A stretch of DNA of 64,000 nucleotides from assembly GCA_963716175.1 (NCBI GenBank), contig OY970296.1:1024001-1088000 (forward strand). The letters are read 5' to 3'. Every line of letters starts with the position of its first letter. Within the stretch, counting starts at the first letter, position 1. The stretch comes from an uncultured Armatimonadetes bacterium (GTDB taxonomy: Bacteria > Armatimonadota > Hebobacteria > Hebobacterales > Hebobacteraceae). Below the pieces are notes generated by a model, which was given only the letters and a program-made list of their open reading frames with translations, was not told the origin of the DNA and did not search any database. A program made the position numbers and the translations under genes. Shown here piece by piece: positions 10,735 through 21,208 of this stretch.

Positions 10735-12732
10735 CTACGGGCGTGTCACCACTTCGGCAGGCCCGAGCTCGAAGACCAGCAGCTTGTGGGTGCCGAGGTC
10801 GAAGGTGGTACTCACTACACCTTCGCTCACCTGGGCGCACAGACTCTCTTCCGCCCCCGATGGGTAGTCTATCTGCCGCGCCCCTACCAAGCGCCTTCCT
10901 GCTGGGAGAGAGATGCGCAGGCCGATGCCCGATACGGGTCTGGGGACCATATGGTCTGGGCCGACGCCGCAGTAGTTGGTGGCGCGCACGATGATGCGAT
11001 CATCGGAGCAGTAAGGCAGCAGCAGGACCTTGCGAGGAGCATCGGTCTGGAGAGGCTGTTGGATGCTGGCCTGCTGCAGCATTGCCAGCAGTTGCTGGCG
11101 CAGCGGTTCGCCCTGGGCCTGCTCCGGGTCCTGCTCGGCCGCGTCGCCCCTGTCCCTGCGCCCGCCCCGGCCGGGGCGGGCGAGCCGCACGTATTGGCCG
11201 CCCAGAAGTGGCCCCGCCAGCTGGCCAGCCAGTAGGGCTTCCCCGGTCTCCGGGGTGGGGGAGCCGTTCTCGTCCATGGTGGCGTTCTCGCCGAGGGCGA
11301 GGATCTTGCCGCCTCGCTGCACGAAGCCCTGTAGCTGGGAGGCTTCTGTCGCTCCGATGCATCTGGCTCCAGGGAGTATGAGCAGGTCAATGCCCTCCAG
11401 GGAGCCCAGGCTGTCTTCGGTCAAGACCTGGAAGGGGAGGTTGGATTCCAAGAGCATCATCGCTACCCCGAAGAACTCGGAGGCGAAGATATCCTCCTGG
11501 GCCGCCAGGTCCACCCGGTCAACGGTCTGCTGGGAGAAATAGAGGCCCAGCTTGCGCATCGGGCGCAGTGCGGGATGGTAGTAGAGTTCCTCGTGGGAGC
11601 GGATGTAGGAGAAGATCTCCCTGCGGGCGCCATAGTCGGCGGAGCCACTCATCCCGGGGGGCTTGTTCTCATAAAAGCAGCAGCCGTGGCTGATCTGGGT
11701 GGCGGCATTCAGCCGCTGCGCGTCCCCGCTGTCCCCGTAGGAGAGTATCCAGGTGGGATGGTCGCGGTCAACTCCCCGGTAGAAGGCGTAGACAGCATTG
11801 TCATACAGCCAGTTGTAGTAACGGGCGCGGCCGGAAGCACGCGCCGCCGAGCCATACTCGTGGGCCAGGTAGTCAGTCACCCTCTGCAGCCTGGTAGCTG
11901 CCTTAGCCTCGGCAGGCCCCTGCCAGTCGAAGCCGCCATAGTGCTCTACCCCGAATCTCAGCTTGGGCGACACCGACTGGGCGGCCTCCCTCAGGGTGCT
12001 CACGAACTCAGCCATCGTGTCCTGCCGCCAGCGGACCCAGGCTCTCCAGGCGGGGTCTTCCCAGTTCACCTTCCGGGGGGCCTCAAAGCCAGTTTCCGCT
12101 TTGAATTTCTCGAGAGAGAAGCGGTCGAAGCTCGCCCAATGGGGGCCTGAGCGGGCCCAATACATGACGAAGTGCGGAACATCGAACCAGATGCCGTCGG
12201 CCCCATCGGAGGCGATCCTCTTCACCAGCGCGATGGCCCGCTCCCTGACAAATGGGCTGGTGGGAGTTACCCAGGCATCCTCAGCGTCATTCTCCACCCA
12301 GAAGGCGGCCCGGCCGTAGCTGACTATTGGCTGGCCCCCGATACCCACCTGGACTGCTTCGGGGTGTTCGGTGAAGAAGGTCTGCTGACCCGGATCGAGC
12401 TTGCCGTCCCCGTCCTTGTCCGCGCCCGGGGTCTGGACTTCCAGAGGGGCGATGTAGATGACGATCTTCAGGTCCGGGTACTGCTTCCTCAGTTCCGCCA
12501 GGTCGGGATAGAGCACACCCGGGGGCACATCTACATCCGGCAGCCCATTGACGTGGAACAGCACCACGTTGACGCCGTCTCTCTGCACGGCTGGAAGGTC
12601 CTCGGTCCCTTCCGGGGTGGTGATGCGGGCGGCGCGCAGCCAGCTCACTCCGTCCCTGACAGCATTCTCCGCTCTCAGCCCGCAACAGGACAGGAACAGC
12701 GCGAGACCGGCAAACAGAAGTGTCTTCACCAT
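10735..12732 (-). CDS. secreted glycoside hydrolase-like protein (TIM barrel + GH42-type trimerisation domain)
   Basis: Signal peptide; 'DGIWFD', 'F...TG...P...W.DPAW..WV.WR', C-terminal 'LILPG..CI...EA..L..FV..GG'. Confidence 0.75.
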   Translation of the reverse strand: MVKTLLFAGLALFLSCCGLRAENAVRDGVSWLRAARITTPEGTEDLPAVQRDGVNVVLFHVNGLPDVDVPPGVLYPDLAELRKQYPDLKIVIYIAPLEVQTPGADKDGDGKLDPGQQTFFTEHPEAVQVGIGGQPIVSYGRAAFWVENDAEDAWVTPTSPFVRERAIALVKRIASDGADGIWFDVPHFVMYWARSGPHWASFDRFSLEKFKAETGFEAPRKVNWEDPAWRAWVRWRQDTMAEFVSTLREAAQSVSPKLRFGVEHYGGFDWQGPAEAKAATRLQRVTDYLAHEYGSAARASGRARYYNWLYDNAVYAFYRGVDRDHPTWILSYGDSGDAQRLNAATQISHGCCFYENKPPGMSGSADYGARREIFSYIRSHEELYYHPALRPMRKLGLYFSQQTVDRVDLAAQEDIFASEFFGVAMMLLESNLPFQVLTEDSLGSLEGIDLLILPGARCIGATEASQLQGFVQRGGKILALGENATMDENGSPTPETGEALLAGQLAGPLLGGQYVRLARPGRGGRRDRGDAAEQDPEQAQGEPLRQQLLAMLQQASIQQPLQTDAPRKVLLLPYCSDDRIIVRATNYCGVGPDHMVPRPVSGIGLRISLPAGRRLVGARQIDYPSGAEESLCAQVSEGVVSTTFDLGTHKLLVFELGPAEVVTRP

Positions 12733-12876
12733 GGACCCAATCCTTCTTCCCCCTGTCCTGGTTCTTCGCCCCGATGCCGGCCCAACCCTGCTCTGACGGG
12801 CTTTCGGCGGTATCGTGGACACTCCATTTCCCTGGAAAGCGAACCCACGTGGAAGCAACTGGGACCTCGGTCTGCC

Positions 12877-13006
12877 TGGAGCCCATTTCATAACCTACCT
12901 GCTGGCTGGCCGCACCACGCCCTCGCATGAAATGCGCCTGCCACGGCCTGACGTTGTGCAGTGCTGTTTCATAACCTCCCCTGGGAAGGTTATGAAACAG
13001 CTTCTA
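12877..13006. mobile_element. MITE-A copy 1 (130 bp)
   Basis: TIRs T(A)GAGCGCATTTCATAACCT / AGGTTATGAAACAGCTTCTA; near-identical to 14566-14695 and 34498-34627. Confidence 0.85.
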
Positions 13007-13106
13007 ATGGCGTTCGCACAAAGAAGTAATGTGCGAACGCCGCTGTGGGCCCGTCTGAGCAGTTGCCCGAGCTTCGCCCCGTTACTTCCTTGGGCGAACC
13101 TCAGTA
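13005..13106. mobile_element. MITE-B copy 2 (diverged; shares terminal TA with MITE-A)
   Basis: Reverse-complement match to 3820-3921. Confidence 0.75.
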
Positions 13107-13159
13107 GTGATGAAGGCGGAGCTGTTCAGAGCGTGTCAGCGCCGCCGCGTTCGTCTTAC

Positions 13160-13221
13160 GCGACGGAACCCCAGGCAGTGGCACCCAGCCGAGCGGGTAG
13201 CCCGAGTCGGAGGCGCCTGGC
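13160..13221 (+). repeat. hairpin repeat family R, copy 2
   Basis: CCCCAGGCAGTGGCACCCAGCCGAGCGGGTAGCCCGAGTCGGAGGCGCCTGG. Confidence 0.75.
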
Positions 13222-13459
13222 AGGGGACGGGCAGCGGGCTGTCGTATAGGACAAGAGGATGTTGGATTCGGTGGAGCGTTGGGACGCGGCCGTTCCTGGT
13301 CCTGGGTCGGCTGATCGATGGCAATCCCGGAGATGCGTCCCGTGACACACCTCTCGCCTCTGGTCGGCACCGCGGTACGAGAGGAGAGAAGGGAGGGCTG
13401 CAGGCGCTCCTATCGTGAGCATCGTGAATGTCGTTCACTTCTCGTTGAGGAGGAAACCA

Positions 13460-14554
13460 ATGCTGAGACGACGGGGTTTCACACTGATCGAACTGCTGGT
13501 CGTGATCGCGATTATTGCGATCTTGGCCGCGATGCTGTTTCCTGTGTTCGCCCGAGCGCGAGAATCGGCTCGGAAGATTCAGTGTCTGTCGAATGTGAAG
13601 AACGTCGCCATGGCGATCCAGATGTACCTGACGGACTATGACCGGCTCATGCCCAACGAGACCAACCAGATGGCCATCACCTTCTTCAGCGGCGATGGCT
13701 CGACCGGCCCGGGGGGTGATAGTGACGGCATGTCGAGCAGCGGCGTATGCCTGGAGCGCGCCTACGACGCGAATCCATTCCTGCGTCCGGCCACGATCCT
13801 GGAGGAGTACGTGAAGAACCGGGACGTCTACAGGTGCCCGAGCGCCAAGAACCCAAGCTACGCGAGCTGGATCGTCCCGAACTACGGCCCTGGAGGCTAC
13901 CTCGGCTACCTGATCGCGACGAATGGGCAGTGGGGCCGGGCCAATTCGGACTACGGCCCCTGCAACATCGCCTGGCCGCCCGGCTGGGGCGGAACAGTGA
14001 CCGACTCCATGATCCAGCAGGCTGGGGGCAGCGCCGATACTGGAGCCGTTGAGTTCGGCGCCAACATCAACGTCAACCAGTGGAACGCCGGCACGAAGAC
14101 GAGCCAGATCGATGATCCGAGCTGGTATGTGGCCTGCGGCGACAGCGGCGGCCGCATCGACCGAATGGATCCGGCACTGCTGGCCTATCCTGACGTCTGC
14201 ATCCTGGCCTGCGCCAGCCCAGTCTGCTGGCAAGCGGACTGGGTGAACTGTTCCTGGACCCAGTCCTGCGGCGCGCACATTGAGCTCAAGCAAGACAAGG
14301 AGGCGTTGAAGCAGTTCGCGCGTCACCTTGGCGGCAGCAACATCGGCTTCATGGACGGTCATGCCGGGTGGATGCCCGCCCAGGCCATTCTGAATGCATC
14401 ACCGAGATTCGCGTGCGGCTGCTGGGGAGGCGGGCTTGTACAGCGCCAACTCAAGGGGTTCAGCGACCTCGGCTTTCCCACTTCTGCGGCCGGCACGTCA
14501 GGCCATCCCGAGGGATCCTGGCCGGGCTGCAGCGATCAGATTCCGCTCTACTGA
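13460..14554 (+). CDS. DUF1559 / prepilin-type N-terminal cleavage-methylation protein with H-X9-DG motif
   Basis: [30 protein letters not shown]; [14 protein letters not shown]; RBS GAGGAGG. Confidence 0.92.
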   Translation: MLRRRGFTLIELLVVIAIIAILAAMLFPVFARARESARKIQCLSNVKNVAMAIQMYLTDYDRLMPNETNQMAITFFSGDGSTGPGGDSDGMSSSGVCLERAYDANPFLRPATILEEYVKNRDVYRCPSAKNPSYASWIVPNYGPGGYLGYLIATNGQWGRANSDYGPCNIAWPPGWGGTVTDSMIQQAGGSADTGAVEFGANINVNQWNAGTKTSQIDDPSWYVACGDSGGRIDRMDPALLAYPDVCILACASPVCWQADWVNCSWTQSCGAHIELKQDKEALKQFARHLGGSNIGFMDGHAGWMPAQAILNASPRFACGCWGGGLVQRQLKGFSDLGFPTSAAGTSGHPEGSWPGCSDQIPLY

Positions 14555-14565
14555 GTCGTTCAGCC

Positions 14566-14695
14566 TAGAGCGCATTTCATAACCTACCTGCTGGCTGGCC
14601 ACACCATGCCCTCGCATGAAATGCGCCTGCCACTGCCTGACGTTGTGCAGTGCTGTTTCATAACCTCCTCTGGGAAGGTTATGAAACAGCTTCTA
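14566..14695. mobile_element. MITE-A copy 2
   Basis: 130 bp, CTAG at both ends. Confidence 0.85.
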
Positions 14696-14781
14696 GGGAT
14701 CTGACAGCAATCGGCGGCTGGTGGGGTGTCGATGACACTCCGCCGGCTTCCGCCTGTCACCGGAGTGGCACCCCGTGCCCA

Positions 14782-14940
14782 TGTCAGGGGCCCCCTGGAG
14801 CCGGCCTGACATCACGCCGCCAATCGGAATGCTGTGAGCCGTGCGTCCGAGAGGAGCAGCGGCCCGACGGTGCGCGACAGAGCCCCGAACAGTAACTCCC
14901 GGCCGAGCGGGTAGCCGGAGTCGGGGGTGCTCGGGGCCGG
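14782..14940 (+). repeat. hairpin repeat family R, copy 3 (long form with TGTCA...GAGCCGGCCTGACATC left module)
   Basis: Aligns with 17139, 40268 and 63548 copies; core TAACTCCCGGCCGAGCGGGTAGCCGGAGTCGGGGG. Confidence 0.8.
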
Positions 14941-15046
14941 CGCGGCCGGGTGCCCGCTCAGGCATAACTGATAGGCAGAGGAGACGCTCGGCGCACGACG
15001 AAGGCCGGTCTTGGGTGCCTGCAGTTCGTGGCAAGAAGGAACAGGA

Positions 15047-17104
15047 ATGGCCTGGCGCCGCCGCGCGCTCGCGGTCCTGATCGTCTGTCTGCTGTTGTCT
15101 ACCAGCGCTTTCGGAGGCGCCGAAAGGAGAAGCACTGTGCCCGCTCAGTCACCTCGGCCCATTACGCTGTATGTCGCTGCCGACGGCGATGACGGGTGGT
15201 CCGGTAGGCGGCGAAGCGCGAATGCCGAGAGGAGCGACGGCCCCTTCGCCACCATCACCCGCGCCCGCGATGCGATCCGAGTCCTGCCCGCGGCAGTTCG
15301 CCGTGCGCGGCGCATCATCATCTCCATTCGCGGTGGCGTCTATCGCCTCTCGGAGCCTCTCGTGTTCACCCCCCAGGATTCCGGCACGATGGCACATCCC
15401 GTCACTTACCAGGCCTCCCGCGGCGAGACGCCGGTGTGGAGCGGCGGCCGCCGCATCGCCGGCTGGACCAAGACCGAAGGCGGCCTGTGGAAGGCGCACG
15501 TGCCAGCGGCGGCAAAGGGAGAGTGGCAGTTCGGTCAGCTCTTCGTGAACGGCCGCCGCGCGCAGCGCGCGAGGATGCCGAACCCGGGCAGCTTCTTCCT
15601 GGTGGAGGGGAAGATCTCCTCGACCGGCCCGGCGACCTTCCGATATCGCGGCTCCGATATCAACCCGGCATGGGCGCAGCGGGGAGACGTGGAGGTGATC
15701 CCCCTACTGACCTGGACGGCGAGCCGGCTGAAGATCAGGTCCGTTGACCCCACGACAAAGACGGTAACGCTGTCCGGTCCGGTGCTGCAGTGGGGTGCGG
15801 AGTGGGAAAGCGACCCGCGCTATTGGGTCGAGAACACGCGCGACGCACTGGACCAACCCGGCGAGTGGTACTTGGAAAGGCGGAGCGGGGACATCTACTA
15901 TCTGCCGCGGCCAGGCGAGGACATGGCGGCCGCGGAAGTGATCGCTTCGACGCTGGTTCAGCTCGTGCGCTTCGAGGGCGATCCGGCGCAGGGCGAGTTC
16001 GTCCATGATATCGCCATCCGGGGCTTGACGTTCGCGCATACGGACTGGACGCTCCCCGCGGACGGCTACACCGAGACCCAGGCCGCCGTCGGCATCCCAG
16101 CAGCGCTGGAGGCGAACGGCGCCAACCGGGTCACCATCCAGCGCTGCCAGTTCACGCATCTCGGCGGCTATGCGCTCGCCTTCGCTCGCGGCTGCCATGA
16201 CATCTCCATCGACCACAATCAGATCGCCGACATCGGCGCGGGCGGGATCAAGATCGGCGAGACCGAGATTCGGCAGGAGGCGGCCGACCAGACGCGCGGG
16301 GTGGCCGTCACCAACAACCACATCCACGATATCGGCATCGTTTACCCGGCGGCCGTCGGCATCTGGGTGGGGCAGAGCGCAGGCAATCGCCTCGCCCACA
16401 ACCGCATCCACGACACCTACTACTCGGCCATGTCCGTCGGTTGGACCTGGGGCTATGGCCCGACGAACGCTCGCGACAACGTCATCGAGTACAACCTGGC
16501 GCACGACATCGGCCGAGGAATGCTCAGCGACATGGGCGCCATCTACACGCTCGGCGTCCAGCCCGGCACCGTGATCCGCCACAACCTCTTCCACGACATC
16601 CGCTGCCAGCCCGGGGGCTACGGCGGCTGGGGCATCTACCTGGATGAAGGGAGCACCAGCATCCTGGCGGAGGACAACGTAGTCTACAACACCGCGACCG
16701 GTGGTTTCCACCAGCATTACGGGAAAGAGAACACAGTCCGCAACAACATCTTCGCCTTCTCCGCCCGCGGCCAGCTCCAGCGCACCCGTCCTGAGCCGCA
16801 CCTCAGTTTCACCTTCGCGCGCAACATCGTCTACTGGACCAACGGATCGCTGCTCGACGGCAACTGGCTGGAGGGGCAGGTGAGCCTAGACCGCAACTTG
16901 TACTTCAACGCCGCGGGTCATCCGATCACCTTCGCTGGCAAATCGCTCGCCGAGTGGCAGGCCGCCGGCCGCGATGTGCATTCCCTGATCGCCGACCCGC
17001 GCTTCGTGAACCCTCAGCGGCACAACTTCGCGCTCAAGCCGGATTCCCCTGCCCTCCGGCTCGGCTTCCGCCCCATCGACCTGCGGGGCGTTGGGCCCCA
17101 GTAG
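15047..17104 (+). CDS. secreted right-handed parallel beta-helix protein (GH141/GH110-like carbohydrate-active enzyme)
   Basis: 'YVAADGDD.WSG...DGPFATI.RA', 'LDQPGEWY', 'SDMGAIYTLG', 'WGIYLDEGS', 'GFHQHYG'. Confidence 0.88.
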   Translation: MAWRRRALAVLIVCLLLSTSAFGGAERRSTVPAQSPRPITLYVAADGDDGWSGRRRSANAERSDGPFATITRARDAIRVLPAAVRRARRIIISIRGGVYRLSEPLVFTPQDSGTMAHPVTYQASRGETPVWSGGRRIAGWTKTEGGLWKAHVPAAAKGEWQFGQLFVNGRRAQRARMPNPGSFFLVEGKISSTGPATFRYRGSDINPAWAQRGDVEVIPLLTWTASRLKIRSVDPTTKTVTLSGPVLQWGAEWESDPRYWVENTRDALDQPGEWYLERRSGDIYYLPRPGEDMAAAEVIASTLVQLVRFEGDPAQGEFVHDIAIRGLTFAHTDWTLPADGYTETQAAVGIPAALEANGANRVTIQRCQFTHLGGYALAFARGCHDISIDHNQIADIGAGGIKIGETEIRQEAADQTRGVAVTNNHIHDIGIVYPAAVGIWVGQSAGNRLAHNRIHDTYYSAMSVGWTWGYGPTNARDNVIEYNLAHDIGRGMLSDMGAIYTLGVQPGTVIRHNLFHDIRCQPGGYGGWGIYLDEGSTSILAEDNVVYNTATGGFHQHYGKENTVRNNIFAFSARGQLQRTRPEPHLSFTFARNIVYWTNGSLLDGNWLEGQVSLDRNLYFNAAGHPITFAGKSLAEWQAAGRDVHSLIADPRFVNPQRHNFALKPDSPALRLGFRPIDLRGVGPQ

Positions 17105-17138
17105 CCCGGGCCCCGGTGGCGACGAGACATACTGTCGT

Positions 17139-17290
17139 TGCCAGGGCCCGTGGAGCCGGCCTGACATCACGCCGCCAACCGGAATGCGGTGACCCGCGTG
17201 TCTGGGAAGAGCCGTCTGCGATGAGTGGCGACGAAACCCCGAGCAGCGACTCCAAGCCGAAGGGGTGAATAGAGTCGGGAAGCACCCGGA
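17139..17290 (+). repeat. hairpin repeat family R, copy 4 (long form)
   Basis: GCCCGTGGAGCCGGCCTGACATCACGCCGCCAACCGG...GACTCCAAGCCGAAGGGG...GAGTCGGG. Confidence 0.8.
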
Positions 17291-17419
17291 GGTCTTGCCT
17301 GGGCTGCACTGTTGTCGAGAGCAACAGCTTTGCTGGATGCCCCCGGAATGCCATGACGGACCGAGAAGGGACCACAGTAGCAGCGACGTGCGACTGTTAG
17401 CGTTGGCCGGCATTGTCGG

Positions 17420-17763
17420 CGCTCCCGCGCTGCCCCGCCCTGCCTGGGAGTATGAACGGGTTGAGCCGCGAGGAGTCGCAGGGCGCGGTTCCCTTCCGCG
17501 GTCAGCCGGTGGGGGTGCGAGCTACCGCTACCGATGGTCTGGTGGAGGTGCTCTTCTGCCATCAGGTGGTCAAACGCCTGAACCTAATGGTGTTCGCACA
17601 ACGAAGGAATGTGCGAACATCGCCCTGTGTCTGTCTGGGCCGCTTCCTGAGCTTCGCCATGTTACTTCATTCGGCGAAGCTCTTTAGCGGAGTGCCGGAA
17701 GGCGGAGTAGAAGCGTTACCTATGTATTCGGCACATCCGTTACCCATGTAGCCGGTCCGCACA
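17420..17763 (+). mobile_element. IS481-family remnant: transposase C-terminus and right end, interrupted by MITE-B
   Basis: 'PFRGQPVGVRATATDGLVEVLFCHQVVKRLNL' resembles IS481 C-termini; end GTTACCTATGT...GTTACCCATGTAGCCGGTCCGCACA. Confidence 0.75.
17585..17686. mobile_element. MITE-B copy 3
   Basis: 102 bp reverse-complement match to 3820-3921; inserted at the end of the IS481 ORF. Confidence 0.8.
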
Positions 17764-17882
17764 GGAGTCACTGGCCGGGGTCTAGTCGCTCATGCGTCCG
17801 CTATGGCATAGCAGCCGCGCCACGGCGGCGATCACCGGCAAGCCCGCCCAGTCCAACCCCCGACCGACCTCATCCTCCATCC
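17764..17882 (-). repeat. hairpin repeat family R, copy 5 (5' half only, cut by the IS481 end)
   Basis: Minus strand reads ...GTGGCGCGGCTGCTATGCCA...CCCCGGCCAGTGACTCC|TGT(IS481). Confidence 0.75.
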
Positions 17883-18814
17883 GCAGTGCTCTCCCGGACT
17901 GGGGTCGTGCGCGCAGGTACAGGATGGCATGAGACGTGCCGGGCCGGGGCGCTCGAGGCCGCACGACTGTCTGGACAGCGTGGGGTGTGGGGGTGCATCT
18001 GGTTCATCGCGGAAGGGTGAAAGGCGATGGTGTCACCATTGGGCGCATGGAAGGCGGAGACCTCAACGTGATAGATCCGTTTGATGGTGGATGGGGTGAC
18101 CACCTCCGCAGGCGGGCCATCCAGCACGATGGCGCCATCGCAGAGCAGGGCCACGCGAGTGGATGCCAACAAGGTGTGCTCCGGGTGATGGGTTGCTTTG
18201 AGAATCGCATAACCGTGGGCGGCGAGGCCGCGCAGGAGGGCTAGGAATCTGAGCTGGTTGCCGTAGTCGAGGCCGCTGACCGGCTCATCCATGATGAGAA
18301 TGCGCGCGCCCTGGGCCAGCGCACGAGCGATCAGAGCGAGCTGGCGCTCGCCGCCAGAGATCTCCGTGTAGGGGCGATCCGCCAGATCCGCGATGCCCAG
18401 CCGCTCCAGCATCTCCATCGCGACATGATGGTCGCGACGGGTGGCGGATCGGACCAGGCCAGTGTACGGAAGACGTCCGAGCACCGCGATCTCCCGCACC
18501 GTATAGGGGAACGGCGTGACATGGGTCTGGGGCACATAGGCGAGGTACCGTGCAAGCTCCCGGCGCGGGTAATGCGCCAACGGTTTTCCGTTCAGGGCGA
18601 CGAGCCCGGACCTGGGTCTAGACAGGCCCAGCAGCAGACGCAGGAGCGTTGTCTTCCCGGACCCGTTTGCACCGAGAAGCGATACGACCTCTCCAGACCG
18701 GATCTTCAGGGTGACACCGTGGAGTACGCTACGACCTGCGTAGGCGAAGTGCACCTCCTGTGCCACCAGCTCCAGAGACTCAGGCATGACGGATTCGGAT
18801 ACGCTCATATCCAT
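17870..18814 (-). CDS. ABC transporter ATP-binding protein (FepC/FecE-like)
   Basis: Walker A GANGSGKT, signature ISGGERQ, Walker B ILIMDEP. Confidence 0.92.
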   Translation of the reverse strand: MDMSVSESVMPESLELVAQEVHFAYAGRSVLHGVTLKIRSGEVVSLLGANGSGKTTLLRLLLGLSRPRSGLVALNGKPLAHYPRRELARYLAYVPQTHVTPFPYTVREIAVLGRLPYTGLVRSATRRDHHVAMEMLERLGIADLADRPYTEISGGERQLALIARALAQGARILIMDEPVSGLDYGNQLRFLALLRGLAAHGYAILKATHHPEHTLLASTRVALLCDGAIVLDGPPAEVVTPSTIKRIYHVEVSAFHAPNGDTIAFHPSAMNQMHPHTPRCPDSRAASSAPARHVSCHPVPARTTPVRESTADGG

Positions 18815-19827
18815 CCCTTGCGTGCGCGGCGCACCACGAGCAGAAAGACGGGAACGCCGAAAAGGGCGGTGAGGATGCCGATGGGAATCTCCACGTTGTA
18901 TAAAGTCCGCGATACACTGTCGGTGGCGAGAAGGAAGACGGCCCCCAGACAGGCGCTGGTCGGGAGCAGCCGGGTGTTGCCGGGGCCGATCGCCAGCCGG
19001 GCGACATGGGGGATGATCAGCCCGACCCAGCCGACCATCCCGGCCAGCGAGACCGTTGCCGACGAAATCAAGGTGGCGACGGCGATCACGCTGTAGCGGA
19101 CGGTGGTCACGGGCACCCCCAGAGTGCGAGCCTCATCATCCCCCATGGAGAGGGCATCCAGCGCTCGGCCCAAGCCGGTGAGTGCGACGATTCCCAGCGC
19201 CATGGGAGCGACGACCCAGCCGATGACCTTGATATCCGCCAGAGACAGGCTCCCCATGAGCCAGTACTCGATCGCCGGAAGCTTGTTGCCAGGATCGGCC
19301 GCGAACTTGGCGATCGACAGGAGGGCGGTGAACAGGGTCCCGCTGATGACGCCACCCAACACCAGCATGATGATAGAGGCGCCTCCCGCCAACTGGGCAA
19401 TGCCCACAGCCACCGCCACGGCAACGACTCCCATGATAAAGGCTGTTACCTGAACCACCACCCAGTTCCCGGAAGCGAGGATCGCGATCGCCGCGCCGAA
19501 CGCGGCACCGGCCAAGACGCCCATCAGTTCCGGCGAGACCAGAGGATTGCGGAACACCGCCTGATAGGCGCCTCCCGATGTCGCCAATGCTGCCCCCACC
19601 AGCACCGCGCTCAGCACCCGCGGCAGACGAATCTGCACGATGACGTTGTAGAGCAAATCGTAGGCGTCTTTCGGCATCTGCTTGAGGCCGGTAGCGGCGA
19701 GAAGGAAGTCTGCAATATCCTTCACCCGCAGCGGATAGCGCCCAACCGACAGGGCGGCAAGAACTGCGACCACAAGGAGAGCCAGGAGGAAAGCGGTCCA
19801 GGGTACACCTCGTCTCACTTCAACCAC
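18805..19827 (-). CDS. FecCD-family ABC permease
   Basis: 'IRLPR', 'FRNPLVSP', 'GWVGLIIPH'. Confidence 0.93.
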   Translation of the reverse strand: MVEVRRGVPWTAFLLALLVVAVLAALSVGRYPLRVKDIADFLLAATGLKQMPKDAYDLLYNVIVQIRLPRVLSAVLVGAALATSGGAYQAVFRNPLVSPELMGVLAGAAFGAAIAILASGNWVVVQVTAFIMGVVAVAVAVGIAQLAGGASIIMLVLGGVISGTLFTALLSIAKFAADPGNKLPAIEYWLMGSLSLADIKVIGWVVAPMALGIVALTGLGRALDALSMGDDEARTLGVPVTTVRYSVIAVATLISSATVSLAGMVGWVGLIIPHVARLAIGPGNTRLLPTSACLGAVFLLATDSVSRTLYNVEIPIGILTALFGVPVFLLVVRRARKGWI

Positions 19828-20861
19828 TCGCCCAGGTCAGCATCGGTCACTTCGACACCCATGAAGAGGAGGCAGAACTGCCGAATCTCCTTGCGGATGT
19901 CGACGCGATATGCGTTGGGATAGAAGCGATAGGCCAGCCACTGCACGCCCAGTATGCGCATGACCGATGGAGGGCGGTCAATCCAGTTGAACGGCGTGCG
20001 GGGAACCGTGTAGATCCTGTGGGTGGCGACGGCTTTGACCTTCTGCCAGCGCGGGTCATGGTACGCGTTCGTCGCGAACTCCGGCTCCTGGGAGATGATC
20101 ACCTCCGGGTCGTAGAGAAGCACCTGTTCCAGGCTCAACTTCTCCATGCCCTGGTGGGTCTTGATGTCACCGTGATGGACGATGTTGCCTCCGGCCATGC
20201 GAATGGCATCCGTGTGGAGGGACCGGTCAGATTCAGTGGCCAGGCCATCGGCGGATTCGGCGTAGTAGACGCGCACGCGCTTCTCAGGCGGGATGGTCGC
20301 CACCGCCTTCTGCACCTCGGCAAACACGCGGCTGGCGTACTGGCTCAAGCGTGTGGCCCGGGACTCCCGGCCCAACAGTTCTCCGAGGAACTCGATGCCT
20401 GCCGGATAGGCGTCGATGGTGCGAATGTCAACAAAAACCAGTGGGAGATTGAGCTTGGCGAACCGCTCCTCGGTTCTGCTCAGGCCAGCTCCCTTTCCAC
20501 CCATCGCCAAGACGATGTCCGGCTTCAGCTTGAGCACCTCCTCCATGTTCACCTGTGCCCGCTCTCCGCCCGGAGGCTGCGTTGCCAGTTCGGGCAGCCC
20601 AGCGATCTCCCTTCGCAGGAATCGCCTGTCCTCGGCCCGGAACGGCAGGCAGCCCGGCTGAAGGCCGAGCGACAGGTCTGGAGCGACGACGTAGAGCAAC
20701 ACGTTGGTGTAGGGGTCGGAGGCATACACCTTGGTGATCTTATCAGGGATCGTCACCTTTCGGCCCACCATGTCGGTGATCTCCCGCCCCCATGCGGACG
20801 ACAAGGCAGTCACCGCCAGCAGACAACTCGAACACAGCCGGCGTACCAGTGTGCTCGTCAT
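19815..20861 (-). CDS. iron-complex/cobalamin-type ABC substrate-binding protein
   Basis: Signal peptide; 'ITDMVGRKVTIP', 'NMEEVLKLKPD', 'PFNWIDRPPS'; RBS GGAGG. Confidence 0.9.
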   Translation of the reverse strand: MTSTLVRRLCSSCLLAVTALSSAWGREITDMVGRKVTIPDKITKVYASDPYTNVLLYVVAPDLSLGLQPGCLPFRAEDRRFLRREIAGLPELATQPPGGERAQVNMEEVLKLKPDIVLAMGGKGAGLSRTEERFAKLNLPLVFVDIRTIDAYPAGIEFLGELLGRESRATRLSQYASRVFAEVQKAVATIPPEKRVRVYYAESADGLATESDRSLHTDAIRMAGGNIVHHGDIKTHQGMEKLSLEQVLLYDPEVIISQEPEFATNAYHDPRWQKVKAVATHRIYTVPRTPFNWIDRPPSVMRILGVQWLAYRFYPNAYRVDIRKEIRQFCLLFMGVEVTDADLGEWLK

Positions 20862-21025
20862 GAAGCACCTCCATGCAGTATCAATCTCCGCCACCTTTGG
20901 CCTCCCTCAATATCCGCAAACCGGTGCGCTCGGCCAACTCGCAAGCGCTACAGATCCGGCGCCACACCATCCAGAACTGCCTTGCCCACCGTGCCGCCCG
21001 TTCAGCCTGAAAGACCCGGCGCCGC

Positions 21026-21169
21026 TCACTCGGGCGCGCCTATAGTCCCGGTGGTCGCCGCCAGCAGGACCTGAACCAGCGCTCTCATCAATCCTGCCGT
21101 CCCGACAGCGACGCTGGCCGTCGCAATCGCCGTGACGACGAACAGCAGCAGCGATTCCGATTTCACCAT
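21026..21169 (-). CDS. small hydrophobic protein (47 aa)
   Basis: RBS GAGGTG before ATG; single hydrophobic stretch; directly after tonB. Confidence 0.4.
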   Translation of the reverse strand: MVKSESLLLFVVTAIATASVAVGTAGLMRALVQVLLAATTGTIGAPE

Positions 21170-21208
21170 TGGCGCACCTCTCAATGGGTCAGCGACTCGC
21201 CACCCCAC

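Noticed and set aside
17215-17240. Hammerhead-like GATGAG...CGAAAC in repeat copy 4
   Set aside because: Lacks the CTGA core and is not conserved in copies 3, 11 or 14
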